This document shows positions 11,701 through 26,000 of a stretch of 64,000 nucleotides of DNA, one piece after another. The stretch is from Chrysomallon squamiferum (taxonomy: Eukaryota; Animalia; Mollusca). Position numbers and translations under genes: made by a program. Every line of letters starts with the position of its first letter. Position 1 is the first letter of the stretch. The DNA lies in NCBI GenBank assembly GCA_012295275.1, contig CM022672.1, positions 27,404,001 to 27,468,000 on the forward strand. The letters run 5' to 3'. The notes under the pieces were generated by a model, which saw only the letters and a list, made by a program, of their open reading frames with translations, searched no databases and was not told the DNA's origin.

Positions 11701-14700
11701 ATTCAGTATAGTGATATTGAATTAATTATTACTGTCATATAGTAATTTCTGTTTTCTTTTTCTTCTTCTTTTCTTTTAATCCAGTATATTTCCTAAATAC
11801 ATCTCTTATAAAGTAAAAATTACGAGATTATTTCTGAAAAGTCTGCTTGTTTGTATAAAAAAAATATTACGTACAGATTTTATAATTTTGGCATTACACC
11901 CCTAAAATTATCTTCTCAGTTGAACCATTTTTTTTTTTTTTAATCAAAACTGATATATCTTCCAGGCATAACTGAATTATTATTGCTTTAATGTTGATGT
12001 TATAGCTTCATATTCCTTATTTGCAAATTAAATGGGTTGTTTTTTTCTTTAATTATTATTCAGGCAAGATAATGGAAATGTCAAGTAAAAAACCACAAAA
12101 GAAAAATGGACAGATTCATCATAATAATCTTCCAAAGGTAATATATATTATAAAGAATAACTTTTACTGGTTTTGAAATGAAATAAAATATTCATTTTTT
12201 TTTTTTTAAATGTATGATAGGATATAAAGCTTATTAAATTGCTGAATTATATAATTTTTTATACATTTTATCAACATTATTCTTTTATCTTTACAGTATT
12301 TAAAAAAAAAAAATCAAATCAGCAATTAATTTCTCTTCAAATATATTTAAACTGAAAATAATAATAATTTGTTGTGTTTCATTTAGCAATTATCAGCACT
12401 AGCTGTGAAGTGCTTAGGACAGTTGTTGATTGCTCATCCACATTTCAACTATGCAACCAACATCATCACAGTTTTAGTGCCTTTCATGAACAGAACTCAA
12501 GAGGTAGACACAATATTACAAATAATAGTATACGTTTTTTAGCATGTAAACTTGAATAGTTTTCACAATTATAATTTCCATAACATTTTTCTATTACTAA
12601 TGCAGAAAAACATTTATGAAGTGTTTATATTAAATTATATGAAATTGAACCGATTTTTCTTAACTGTAATGAAATAAAATTTTCTTTCTTATTCATAACC
12701 ATCATGGTAAAACCAAATATTTTCAACTTACTAAGTAAAAATAATAATGTCAGTGCTTGTAATCATTAAAATATGCAATATTTAATGAATAAATTAAAAC
12801 TTACTGTGATTGTGCAGTAATAAAAATTATTCACATTTAGTTTTTTAATTATTATTTTATTTTTTTATTGTCTTTTTTACCTTTTATTTTGCATATTCAT
12901 ATATTTTTTACATTTGTGAAGTAAATTTAAAAAAGAAGTATTAATGATTGTTTTAACAGTTTTCAGACCGAGTTTGTGAAGATGTTAAAACCATTTTTCA
13001 GCAAGACAAAACAGGGGAAGTTACTCTGGAGGTGAGATTTGTGTTCCTTTTTTAAATTTATTACAGATTTATTTAATTTTCATTTCACATAAGATGTTTT
13101 AAACTGTGTTGCTTTGTTAGGTATTTTGTGGTTTTTCTTTTAATAAAAATGGATCATTATTCAAATCAGTAAGATCTAGAACTAAGTATTACAATTCCAT
13201 AATAATATTTTCAGATTGTTCGATGCATAGGCAAAATGATAAAAACAAGGAATTTTCAGGTGAAACCAAAGGTCAGTATTAAATATCTGTTATTCTTTCT
13301 GTCTGTATTTATTATTAAGGGACATGTCAACTAAGTCAGTAATTGTAGGAGAATTTGAACCCACTTCAACACATAAAAGACATACAACACACATGGTCAG
13401 AATGATATTTGCAGTCATAATAATAAAAACTGTGATATAAAAACATTTGTACTCTATTTCTATTATTTATTTCATTTCATTTCATTTATTAATTTATTTT
13501 AGCTTGGTAGTAATACTGTTTTAATGAAAATTCATGTACATTTTGGTTTTTTGTTGTATACTTTTTGTTTGTTTTAATTTTTACTCTAAATTATTAGATT
13601 AATTTAGATTGGTGGAAGATTTCAGTCACAAGAAACAGTTCTAATTTAAAAATAATAATATTTTATTTCAGATTCTTGACACATTCTTGTCCCTGAAGAT
13701 AAAAGAAATTGATTTATCATCCCAAGAACAGAGAAAGGATGGTGCCAGAAGAAAGGAACAGTTGTTAAAGATGTCCAGAAAACAGAGAAAAGTGTGATAT
13801 TTGTTTATTTTTAAGGAAGTGATTTATTGAAAAGAAGATATGACTAAATCAGAAATCTCTGTAATTTGCTAGATAATGTGGAATAACCTGGCATCATGAT
13901 GATGAATATGGTCCACAGATTTTATATATATAACATCACTTAACAGTTTCACTTGTACGTACTACAGTATATATTATAACTCAGAAAAACACCAACATTC
14001 TTCACTTCATGTGTGTATGTAAGAAATCTAAATTAAAATGCAATAAGTAACCCATGGAGATTACAAGTTCGTAATCTTCAGTTTAATCCTAGAAAGTTAA
14101 ATTACTGAAAGTCATGAAAGCAATTTTTGCTACTGTTTATTTGCAGCATCAAAAGCAACTGGAAAAACTTGAAGGTGAATTGAAGGAGATTAGAGCAACT
14201 GAAGATAAACAAAAGAAACTGAAATTGGTAAGACTGATCTTGGGATCATATGAACGTTTACTGTAAACATCGTTTCTTGACAAGAGTAGTAAAAATAGGA
14301 TGTAAAATAGATTAAGAAGAGAGACAGAAGGACAGATAGATGGGAGGTTGGACAGAGAGAGGAGAAGAGGAATAATTTTAACATTAATTCTTTAAAATTT
14401 CTAGGAGGTTGCTCAACTTGAATAGATGTTCTTAAGTTGCTGCTCAGAATTTTGGTGAAAAAAAAAATGACAAAATATAGCTTGCTGTAAATTAAAGCTG
14501 TGTTAAAATTATTTCAAAAGTAATTGTTGTCCTGTTTGTTACTGTTAATTGTTTTTGAGTAAACAAAATATATTTGCTTTAATAAATTCGAAATTTGTCA
14601 AATATTTCATTTATTTATTTCAGCATACAGAGGTGATGAACGCTGTGTTTGTAACATACTTCAGAATATTGAAACAAGCAAGACGATCTGGCCTGTTGGC

Positions 14701-15972
14701 TTCAGTATTGGAAGGTCTTGCCAAGTAAGTTACAATTACCAGTATCAGTATTTTAAAATACTTGTCTTGCTAATGTGTTGTAGAATGTAGTGGTTATCAT
14801 GTGCACACACATAAACTGTCCATCTTTCATACAGAGTTTTTTTTTTTTTTTTTTTTTTTTAATTTAATGATTGGCATTGTAAGCAGAATGGATTAAAAAC
14901 ATCATTTCTTTGAAGAGTTGTGCATTTTTAAAAAGACAATAGAACAAATTTTAATTAAATTGAATTCAGGAAAAGATAATCCATAGCAGAAAATTGTATT
15001 TCATTATTATAATGTGTGTTAAAAAAGTATATATATATACCTTTCAGATTTGCCCATCTAATCAATGTAGACTTCTTTGATGACTTGTTTACTGTTTTCA
15101 AAGACATCCTTGAATCAGGAGTAAGTTTTTTTTAAACTTTTTAGTGTTTTTACAATAACATTCTATCCATTGTTGTCTAAAAAATTATTTTTTTAGTACC
15201 TTAAATGATTTAATATTTGTAAATATATTTTAATTACTATAGTATTGTTGTTGTTATTATTATTATTATTATTAAATCTAGGAATTAAACTACAGACAAA
15301 GTCTTCAGTGCATCCAAACAGCTTTCACCATTTTATCTGGTCAAGGGGCAGCTTTGAATATTGATCCTATGAACTTCTACCGACATTTGTACAAGAAACT
15401 TCTCCAAATTCATGCAGGTATTTAACATATGGCTAATTGTTTGTTTGTTTGTTTGCTGTTTAAATTTCATGTATTTTATAATGGACAAGAGATTCATAAG
15501 TGACAAAACAGTTATTAACATAGATGATAGTTTTCTTAAAGTCTTGCTGCTTACAAATAAAACTTCTATGCTGCTATAGTTAAAGTTTCATCAAAGATTT
15601 TACTGTTGTTTTATTTCAGGAAGTGAAAGTAAAGATATGTTGATTATTCTCAATTGTCTTGACCTGATGATAAACAAGAGAAAACGACAGGTAACTGATT
15701 TTTTAGTTTAGTCTGCAGGGTTTTTTTGTTTTGCACACTACATTCTGATGAACATTGTAAATATGTATATAGCTAAGCTAATCCTTATCTCCTCACCTCT
15801 GTTTCTGCCACCCTGTTCATATCATTTCCTCCCTTCCACTTTCTATGGAATACTCATACCAGTACCCACAATTTGATCAAAGACTTGTAAGATTTGTTTT
15901 CCTGCATATTTCACCACTGAAGTTAAATTATTCAGGTGTGGGTGTCTGTGTGCATCTGTCTGTATCGGTTGT

Positions 15973-16008
<36 letters not shown>

Positions 16009-18068
16009 GTTGAATATGAAATTATTTTCAAACAAATATAGATTTACCAGTATCTGAAAATGAGCATTTATTGCTTTACAGGTTTCACAGCAGAGAATCT
16101 TAGCTTTTCTGAAAAGACTGTGCACCATCTGTCTGCAGCAACTACCACACTCAGTTTTAGGTATTTTGTCAGCTGTCCGCAGTTTGGTTCATGTAAGTAT
16201 ATTAATTAAAATTTTTAGTAGTTTAGCAGTTTTATTACTTTATTCCTGAGTATATAAATTGAAAGAAATAAACTAATGTATAATATATGTTTTAAAATAA
16301 TCTAAGATCTATTTATTTATATTTTTTTAATTTATTTAATTTTTTTTATTATTTCACTTGAGTCCTCAAATTTGTTTAGTGTAAAACATTAATATATTCT
16401 GTTTTCAGAATCACAAGTACACAGATATTGTGTTTGATAATGAAGCTCAGGGGAGTGGAGTTTATCTGCCAGAACTTGATGATCCTGAACACTGTAATGC
16501 TCACAATTCCACACTATGGGAGATTACAACCTTGAGGGTACAAGTTTTATTTTTAAATTAAAAAAAAGAAGAAGATAAAATGAAGTTTTTATTATAAAAA
16601 AAATATTTAAAAAGCCAAACATGAGAGAAGGAAAATAAACAGAAAGACTGTAATTAAATATTTCCAGTTTCTAATTCTGAAGTGATCCAGATTTCACGTC
16701 GAAAATTTATATTCTAGGAAAACATTTTATTATTTTGATATAAAAAAAAAAATTAACTATACGAAGTTGAATAATACATTATATTTTTTGACTGACGCTA
16801 TGTTTAAGTTATGCTGACATTTACAGATACTGGAAGCATAAATTATTTGAAGACAAATGTAAATTTTTTTATGACTATTATAATTTTGTTTTTGTTTTGT
16901 TATGTCCATTAAGAATTAGAATAAATTTAACATAGAGAATAATTAGAATAAGTATATTTAATTGGAAGCTGTTTGAAAAGTGAGGTTTTCTGTCTATCTG
17001 TAGCCTGCTGTTTTTAGTCATTAAAAACTGTTTGTTTATTTTCTAGGTAAATAATAAGAAACAAATCTTTTTTTCAGAATCATTTTCATCCAGTTGTGCA
17101 AAAATATGCCTCTCATGTATCCAAGTTTTGTCCTTCAACTGGTGATGGTCAGCTTATTCCTGAACTGGCAAGACTGTGAGCATTTTTTTCAATTTACTTT
17201 TTGAAAAATTTAGATTAATAATCCATTAAATCATCAAATGAATGGTTGACAGTTTAATATCTTCCTTTTAAAGGTAGTTCTGATAAATATTTTTGGGATT
17301 GTTTTTTTTTTTTATATATATAATAATCAAATGTTAAGATAGGGCTGTCATAGTCTATAATTTTATTGCAACTATAATGAAATCTGAAAATTATTTATTT
17401 TATTTCTTTTTAGATCTCCAATGACACTGTTCCAGAAATATGATATGGAAAGTGAAATATTTGATTTGAGTATACCACAGCAAATTAACAAACTTAACCG
17501 AAAGGTAAAATAATATTAGGACATTAAAACCATGTACTTATGCCAAGAGTTAGGTTTAACTTGTTGGCTATTTACTTGCTATTGTTTTCAAACATTTGAA
17601 AATTTTCTATTAATTCTACTGTTAGCAGTTTCTTGTTAAAAGAATTACTCGCAGCCATTTGATTAAAAATTGGTTAGTTATACATATACTATAAATTATA
17701 AATTATTATAAATTTGCATATTTCTCCCCTTTTCTAAGTATCATTTTCAGAGTTATTAATTTTGTACAAGTTTCAGTTTAGATATTTCTATCAGTCTCTA
17801 CATCCCAATAACTATTCTTTCTTTTCCAAAGATGTATGTTATTACTCAACTGTTTAACAGTAAATAATCCAACATTAAATATGATTCAGTACCAGACTTT
17901 TGATGGTAATTTTTAAGATCTCAGTACTTTTATCTTTTTTGGAAACAGAGGCAGACACTGGAGTCATCAAATGATGTCATGAAGAAACACATGAAACAAG
18001 TGCTTGAAAAAGTTCCCGATTCATTACAAAACTTCTCTTTAAATATTTGTCTTTCTGACAATGGATAG
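8400..18068 (+). CDS. NOC3L: Nucleolar complex protein 3 homolog (21 coding exons, ~794 aa)
   Basis: GT-AG exons with consistent phase: 8400-8408, 8893-9188, 9493-9665, 10153-10352, 10938-11099, 11272-11365, 12064-12137, 12387-12503, 12960-13031, 13215-13271, 13672-13791, 14147-14227, 14624-14724, 15048-15120, 15282-15417, 15620-15690, 16082-16192, 16409-16537, 17078-17175, 17414-17504, 17949-18068 (TAG). Peptides recognised from NOC3L orthologs: [87 protein letters not shown]. Confidence 0.96.
8749..8798. repeat. (AAT)n microsatellite in NOC3L intron 1
   Basis: AAT run preceded by a degenerate (ACT)n tract. Confidence 0.95.
9683..9750. repeat. 27-bp tandem repeat (2+ copies) in NOC3L intron 3
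   Basis: CATGTGCATATTTGTATTTGTTGC(A/G)TG is repeated. Confidence 0.75.
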
Positions 18069-18574
18069 ATTTTTACTGATGCAAATAAAACAATTTTTTA
18101 TCTACAATTTCTTTATTTTCTTTTGTATTTTAAAAAGAGATGTTATTAAAACCATGCACCATTATACTAAAATACACATAAAACAGTCATTCTATTTTCA
18201 TCCAAACATTTATTGATGTTTTATGTTAGTGAGATTTACACAAAACTATATTATTATACAAGTCACATCAAAACTGTTGGTCAAGCCTGTTGTTTATGCA
18301 CAGATGTAGTTAACAAGTCAGATCTAAGATACTTCTATAAACATCCTATTTTTGTTTTGTTGACACTGATTCCTAGATAGCAAACATCTAAAAAATAAAA
18401 TGAAAAGAATGCTGTCTGCCATTAGTGCAAGGCATTTTAATAACTTCTTAATATCTGTGAATGTTTCCTAATAACCAAATTAATCACAAGTCGTGGACTT
18501 TCCTAACTCATCAAAACACCAAAAACAAATTAAATCATGCATAAAGGTAGGTCTGATAAATAGAAAATTTTTTA

Positions 18575-20314
18575 CTATTCTTTTTCAGTTGGACTTTTTA
18601 CTTCTTTAGAACCTATTTGTTTTGCAATTTCCAAAATCTGGTCTGTAGCACTTTTTGGTGGCAACTTTAGTGAAAGCTGTTCGCATGGAAACTCTGTCGC
18701 ATTTAAAATAGTGTCTTTATTTGTGAATGGTGTCCAGACTCCCTGAATTGATGGTGTATCGGTGTGCCATTCTTTTCTGAACCGCATTATTTCTTGACCT
18801 GATCGAGTTCTGAAATGTTCAATCCACTGACAGATTTCATCTTGTGTCAAGTTAGAAATATTCAGACTTTCTGTTTTGCCATTTACTGAAAAACAAATAA
18901 TAATAAGTTTGTTAAAAATTAAAAGTTATGGCAGTATGTTGACTATCAACTGCTACTCTTTTGGGATTACGTCAATATATTTGTTTCAATTTGCAGAAAA
19001 TCATACCTTGATTTGATTAATTTCATAAACTTTAACAAATTATTACAATCATTGTCTGCAATTATTACCCTCTTTGTTCCCCATTAAAAAAAGTTCTGAT
19101 AATTTGATATTTTAAACTTAGTAACTCTAAAATATAACTTGAACCATTCTGCTTTCAAGTGCTGAAAATTTGTTTTATGTGATTAAAATTTTATTTTAAA
19201 TTTCTTACAATATTCAGCAAATAGTTGTGGAGATCGGTTTCGTCGCGGTTTCAAATAAACAACAATTCCAGGATTGTTTTTCGTGAAATCTAGTAGATGG
19301 TTTTCAATAAAATCCCTGAAAAATAAATTTATCAGCATTATTATTATTTTTTTTTTTTTTTTTGTAAATAGTGCCATCTGAACAATGATGTTTAAATTTG
19401 AGGGTTTTTTTTTTTTTTTTTTTTAAATATTTACTGTGCAAAATACATTTCACTTTCAACACAATGTTCTTGGTGGGAAAAACAGAAGTATTAGAGACAC
19501 TGATTAATGAAAACCAAAATCATAACAGCTGGTACTGTCAAATGTTTTATTTTATTTTTTACTTGGTGTAGGTTAGGTGTACTTGTAAGTGCAGAGAGAG
19601 CAAACAAAATATTTAAATCATCAGCAGTTCAAAATTGTTTTTAGGTAGTGAAAAGATTTCTATTGACCAAAATGTTGTTTTAAAAAAGTCACTATAACTG
19701 TTATTTATCAGATGTTTTCTGTCTAATGAAAGGTTATCACTAGTCAGAAAACTTACACTACATCTGATTTTAAAGGTCAAATTTACTCTAATCCACTTTA
19801 CTTGGTCATACTTTATAGCTAAATAGGGCTTTCTGGTAGCTGATTATTCATTTTTTGCATTACAATTTGGTAACTTTTGTTATTTATTCTAAATTGTTGC
19901 TATTCAACTTTTGGAATAAATATTCACTTTAAGACAACGTTTAACAACAATGAACGATTATCATTATGAACACAAAAATTCATTAAATTAAGGAATTACC
20001 CTATTTAACTCCATGAATATAATTTCGGATAAATATAATAATAATTGTGTTCTTCTAAATGACAACTATTTTTTTTACTACTTATTGAATCTAATAAATC
20101 GTAAATAATAAAATACTTGATCAGATCATCATCATCATCATTATCAAATATCAACATGCTTTTTTAACTTTTTTTTAATTCACCTTGTGCCTCTGCTGGC
20201 CCCACTAGATTTACAGAATTTTACTGTCAGTCGCTGAAGCTGACAAACATATCGACCGATACCATTTTGCATAACATTTTTAAGAAACGTGCTTGGTACA
20301 GATCTGCCCGTCAT
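18575..20314 (-). CDS. MRPL43: 39S mitochondrial ribosomal protein L43 (3 exons, ~182 aa)
   Basis: Exons 20314-20184, 19315-19209, 18885-18575. They translate as [44 protein letters not shown] / [35 protein letters not shown] / LNGK...[18 protein letters not shown]. This matches the mL43 motifs NGxGRYVxQLQR, NPGxVxY and TDxPSIQGxWxPFTNK. Confidence 0.96.
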
Positions 20315-20652
20315 GTTTTCTTTTACAACGTACAAACATTGATTGACCTTTATGTTGTATCCTGTCGCGCAGTATTAAAATACTGTTTTATTTTATAAGC
20401 TTCATTAGCAATGTACTAAGTATTACTGGTACAGTTATTTATATGTGGCATTCATTGAACTTCTATTTTACTTATTTTCTGGCCGTAAAATCGATTTCAT
20501 TATGGGATTATATTCATGGTAACAAGTCTCAAATATGTCTTATTTCCGGTTGTTATTCGGCTAATCCGTCGACGGAGCTTACGTTAAAAGTAAATCTAGA
20601 TACCAACTTTGACATGCGATGTTGTTGGTAAAGTTGGTTCATTAAAAGTAAA
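20315..20652. promoter_or_regulatory. Probable bidirectional promoter shared by MRPL43 and CCDC125
   Basis: The divergent start codons are only 338 bp apart (20314 on -, 20653 on +), and the interval is locally CpG-enriched. Confidence 0.7.
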
Positions 20653-21380
20653 ATGGACCAAAAACAACGCAACAACGATCGAGGCAACCAGTCAGATGAT
20701 ACATTTAATACTGTGTGTGGTGATCTTGGCTTAGGAGAAGGTTTAAAGCCCGGCGGATTATCATTTCTAAGAGTGGACAAACCAAAAGAAGAAAGTTCCT
20801 GTCAGTACCGAAATTTAACTTCAAAAAGTCATAGGAAGGGGAGTTGTTGTAGTGACTCGGTTGAAAGGGAGACATCAAAAAGTAAAAAATATACAGAAAA
20901 GCTAAAATCTTTAGTGAGCAGAGGTAAAAGTAAATCTTTGTCATCAGCTTCTTCTTCAGAAAATATTGATAACTGTGAAGAAAACTTTCCAACTTTCGCC
21001 GATATACCTTTAGGAACGTCACTTAGACAGCAGAAAAAAATATATGAACAAAATCTTGACGCCTTACTTAGAAAGCATGGTTACACTACAAGTTTGGCAT
21101 CAAATCGAACTAATGGTTACCGTGATAAAAATTCAAATAATTGTAAGTTTATGTATTATAATTATATTGTGTATTTTTTATTTTATTTTATTTATCATTA
21201 TTTATTTATTTTTTTTTATATATTTTTTTTTTTTTTTTTTATTTTTTGTTTAATGAAAAGAAAAACTATGATTATTTGTGTTTGTTATGGTTGGCATCTG
21301 TTTTAAACATACTGGAAAAGAGAACATCATTTTTATTTATTAGTATTATAAAATACTTGTATAATTAAGGAATTTAAAAC

Positions 21381-21446
<66 letters not shown>

Positions 21447-22975
21447 AGGGCTCATACCAAATTAGTTGGCAGCTAATATTTTACAGAGAATGACTAATCT
21501 CAGATCTACATACTGAGAAGTGACTAAGCACATTTTACCAGCAAAATCATTATCTGTTTTATAGGTATACTATTATTGTTATTTTGCATTTGTGACTGAG
21601 ACTCAGTTTTCATTAATTTTTATTATTTGGTTTCAAACTGACTGATTGATTTTTAAAAAAAAAAAAAAAAGAAAGTTATTTAATTTTTTAATTTATGTAT
21701 TTATGATTATTATTATTATTATTATTTAATTTATTTAACCCAGTTTGTTCTCAAAATCTCCTGTCATCTGCAGTTTGGTGAAAATATTAATTAAAATTTA
21801 AAACAACTGACATTTATTGTGATTTTTTAAAGGTTTATTTCAATGGACAGAAGTTATATGCAGACACAAACAATGACAAAGCAGAGTTTAATAAACTGGG
21901 ATTTGTATATATTAGTGATTTCAGTTTCTAACTAATTAGAAGATGTCCCCAAAATGGAATTTTTGATATTTTGGATGCAAAATGTATTACTAAATAATAA
22001 TTAAAATATGGTTTTGATTGAAAAATATAGTACAGGACTCAGTGAGAAAATGAAATATCATCTCAATCATATTTTTAATACAGGCTAGTTTCTTTTCAGT
22101 AATGCTAATAGTGTTTCATCAACTAGTGATAATACATATTTTGGTTCTGGTTTTCATTTTTTATCTTAGTATTATTCTTTCTTCTTATTTCTATTTTAGG
22201 CCAAGAAGAAGATAAAAGGTTAACAAGTGAAGAAATCGAGAAAAAACTTTTTGAAGCAATGCAGGTATGTTTCTGATAAATAGACTTTAATAACATTTTA
22301 AAACTCTTCTTTCAATGAACTATGCATCTAGAAATATGTAGAAGATCAGATGAAAAATTACATATCAATCAACTCATATCATATTGATAAGTCTTTAGTC
22401 ATCATGTTGAGAATAACTGCCATATCCTTGTAATTTACAGTTACCTCACTACTGCCAAACTAAATACAAAGCAAATATGTAAAACATTTTACAAACATCA
22501 TTGACCAACACCCAAAATGCTTTTACCACCTTATTAGAGATTTATATAACCTAATTAGTGTTTTTGTATTTTTTAATATATTTGGGTATCTATTTATCAG
22601 ATGTTAAAAATTTATATATTAATTTGATATTTCACATCAGTTTTATGTTTTATTATATATTACATTAATAAAATGTATTTTGTGTTTATATTCCAGGAAG
22701 TGGAGGAGTTAAAGATTGATCTTGACACTTGTCAGAAACGATTAGAAGCCAAGTATGAGGCAATAGCAATTTTAAAATCTCAGGTACATTCACAACATTA
22801 TAACTTATTAGATATCTTGTGTTGATCGACATTTAGTTAGTGAGGATACAAAATAAATTAAAATTTGTATTTGTTATGTTATTTCCAGCTGTTTTAAAAA
22901 AAAAAAAATTGTTATATTATTTACTTGCATTTTACACAGTATATATTCTTTTCAAGAACTTACATGATTTCTCAG

Positions 22976-23006
<31 letters not shown>

Positions 23007-26000
23007 TTTTATTATTATTATTATTTTAAAGGCTAATGCAGCAGAAGAAAAGGCACAAAAAAGTAAAAAGTATGTCAGAGAATACAGAAAACAACTTGCA
23101 CAGGTGAGACTCCTTATTTTGTTGAAATTGTTCTTATTTTAATTTTCAGGAAGTTTCTATAAAGCATGAAACTAATGTGATAGTAATATTACTATGAAAA
23201 GAAAATGTCAGTGATGTTATACAGGGCCTGTTAACATTTTAGCCAGGTTTCAAACAATTTATATCATAAACATCAAAACATATGTTGAGTTAGCTGTTTT
23301 CAAAACCACTACTGTTGTTCATTTAACAAGGATTATAATTAATTTTTGAATGTTTTATCAGGAATGTCTAATCGGAAATTAGGCAAAGCCTTTTCTTAAT
23401 ATTATGCTTCTGGGATATTGGTCATTAGCATTACATTGATTTCATAATTTACAATATCTGTTTCCACCAAACTCTAAATGGAATGGGTTTGGAAATTGTT
23501 TATTTTTATTTTTTAATTTGCTAGTGATCATTATACCTTACAATATCAATAAATATTGTTATTGTTATTATTATTATTATTTAAATATTTAATTTAAGAA
23601 CAAATATAATGAAAAGAAATACTCAAGTTCTACTGTATGTATTAATTTATTATATATGTACACATCCTTGTAATCCTGTTTTTCCCTATAAGAAGAATGC
23701 CAGTTGTATAGAGGTTTGAAATGAAAATAGCTGCCTGTCATTTGTTGTTGTCCCTATAGGTTTATCCATTGCATATAAACTTAAACATTGCTTGATGTCT
23801 TTCACCTTTTGGTTTAATGGATAATAACTGTTTAACCCAAAGAGATATATTGTTTTTGCTAGCATGAACTGATACATTATTCAAAAATAAGTTTCACAAA
23901 AATTAAATACTTCCTTTTTTCTTTCTTTTTTTTTTTTTTCAAAATTTAATAATATTAAAGTTGAAATAGTTAATAAATTACTGATTAGAAATTATATCCA
24001 TTATTGCTTTTTAATTTTCACTTTATTTTTAATAAAAAATTTGGAAGTCAGATTATTCTCTAAGGCAATTTTTACTGACATTTTATTCATGCTTTTAATT
24101 AAAGGCTCTTCACTTTTGCATTTTTGATGGATGCTACTAATGAAAATTAACTCTGTTTCTTTGCATACATTTATGGCACTTATTTTGCTTTCTTTGATCT
24201 TCAGATTTTTGGAAGGTATAAATTAATATTTATTTCTCTTTGTCACTGCAACAAGAGAGGTTTTATTAATTTTAAAACCTTTTGTTTTTTACTTTTTACA
24301 AATTGGAGTGACATTAATTAAAATTTAAGCAAAATAGGTGCCAGTTTGTTTTTTTTTTAAAAAAAAAAGGTTTTATCCAGTCTTATATATTTTATTTATT
24401 TATTTGTTTTAATTTATTTTAATATATATTATATATATATACATTTAAAAAAAAAAAAAAATTTTTTTTTTTATTTTAAATATATATATATTTTTTTTTA
24501 TTTTGTTATATATATAATAATTTTATTTTGTTTTGTTGTTGAAGTATTTTTTAAGACAGGATTAATAAAATTAAATCTAATTTACATTCATTTACATATA
24601 TATATTATATATTTTATATATATATATATATAAAAGGCTGTTAAATATAATTTTTGTTGTTGGTTTAATGTTACGGTGGAAATATTGTCAAAGCTTTATT
24701 CATGCAGTGTCTTGTGAAAGCTGGATAAGACTGATACATACTAACACTGTTTGAAAACATTTTGCATGCTGCTTGTATTGTAGGAAGTGAATCAACTACA
24801 GTTTGAACTTGACTACCAAGAGTCTTTCTTCATGGATAGCCAGCAGACCTGGGCTGTCAGGTTTGATAGGTAAACAGCCAGCGAGACGCAGAACAATAAC
24901 ACCTCACCAGTCTTGTTTTTCACTACGCTTTGCTTACAGTAGCTGTCATTTTGTGTTTGAGAATTTGTATTTTTAAGTTTTGGGTTTTCTTTTGTTTTTA
25001 TATAAACAGTAATTGATTTCTTTTTGGCATGCTTGTTCATTTTATGGGTCTTTGGTACAGTTTTTTTTTTTTTTTTTTCTGATTATTTTAAACATGTATC
25101 TTAGTTGGTATTACTATTACTGGTTTCAGTTTTTATGTGATTTTTTTTTTTATCAAAACTCATTTTTTTATTATGTTATCAAAATCAGTTGACAATCCCA
25201 TTCAGAACAGTTGATAATGTATATTTTAAAATGTCAGTTTAGTGCTGTGTTATGACATAGTATTTATTAAACATTGTCACAAGTGGTATGTCAGTGTGAC
25301 AGTTCTTTTCATTATTTAAGTTTATTGTTTTAAATGTTAACATCAGTAACTCACATGAGAACTTACATAAATTATCTTTAGCAAAAAATAATAAACAAAT
25401 TGTCAAAGTAATCTAATACTGGTTTTAAGAGTTAATTTGATGTACATAAAATAATAGAATTTCTCCAGCTGTATGTTGTTTTGTTTTGTTTTTATAATCA
25501 TTTGTTACAATGCTTCATCTGCGATTCTGAAGAGTGTCATATAATAGATTGTGTGGATTACCTGCAAAAACTGTGTTATTCAAAGTTAGCCCTGCCTAGT
25601 AAATCAAACACTAACATTTAGATCACTCAATGTTTTAGAAAGCTTACTTGTTATTAGTTTGTCAAATACATTTCTTTATTTGAGTCATGGCAATAAACCT
25701 GATAATAAACAAATAAATAATTGTGCTTTTGTAATCAGTTATAGTTTGTAATAAATACAATTTTATAAGCAAATAGAATTATAATAAAATTAGTACTAAA
25801 AGCAGTAGGTCATCCTACACTCAAAAATTGAAAGTACAAAAGTCTATCATTCTGTCAACTGAGCTAGTAAAGAGTAAAGAAACTGCCAGAAGCACAGTCA
25901 CTGTTGATTTTTATAACAAACACTATCACAAAAAATAACAAAAATAACAAATACATAAATAATAATAATAAAGCTGGTGCCTATTTTAAAGTTATGGAAA

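Noticed and set aside
14775-14810. tRNA/SINE A-box-like TAGTGGTTATCA
   Set aside because: There is no B box or cloverleaf, and the fragment is too short to support a call.
24420-24495. Imperfect AT palindrome/cruciform
   Set aside because: It is made of (TA)n and poly-A/poly-T runs, which is expected at this base composition.
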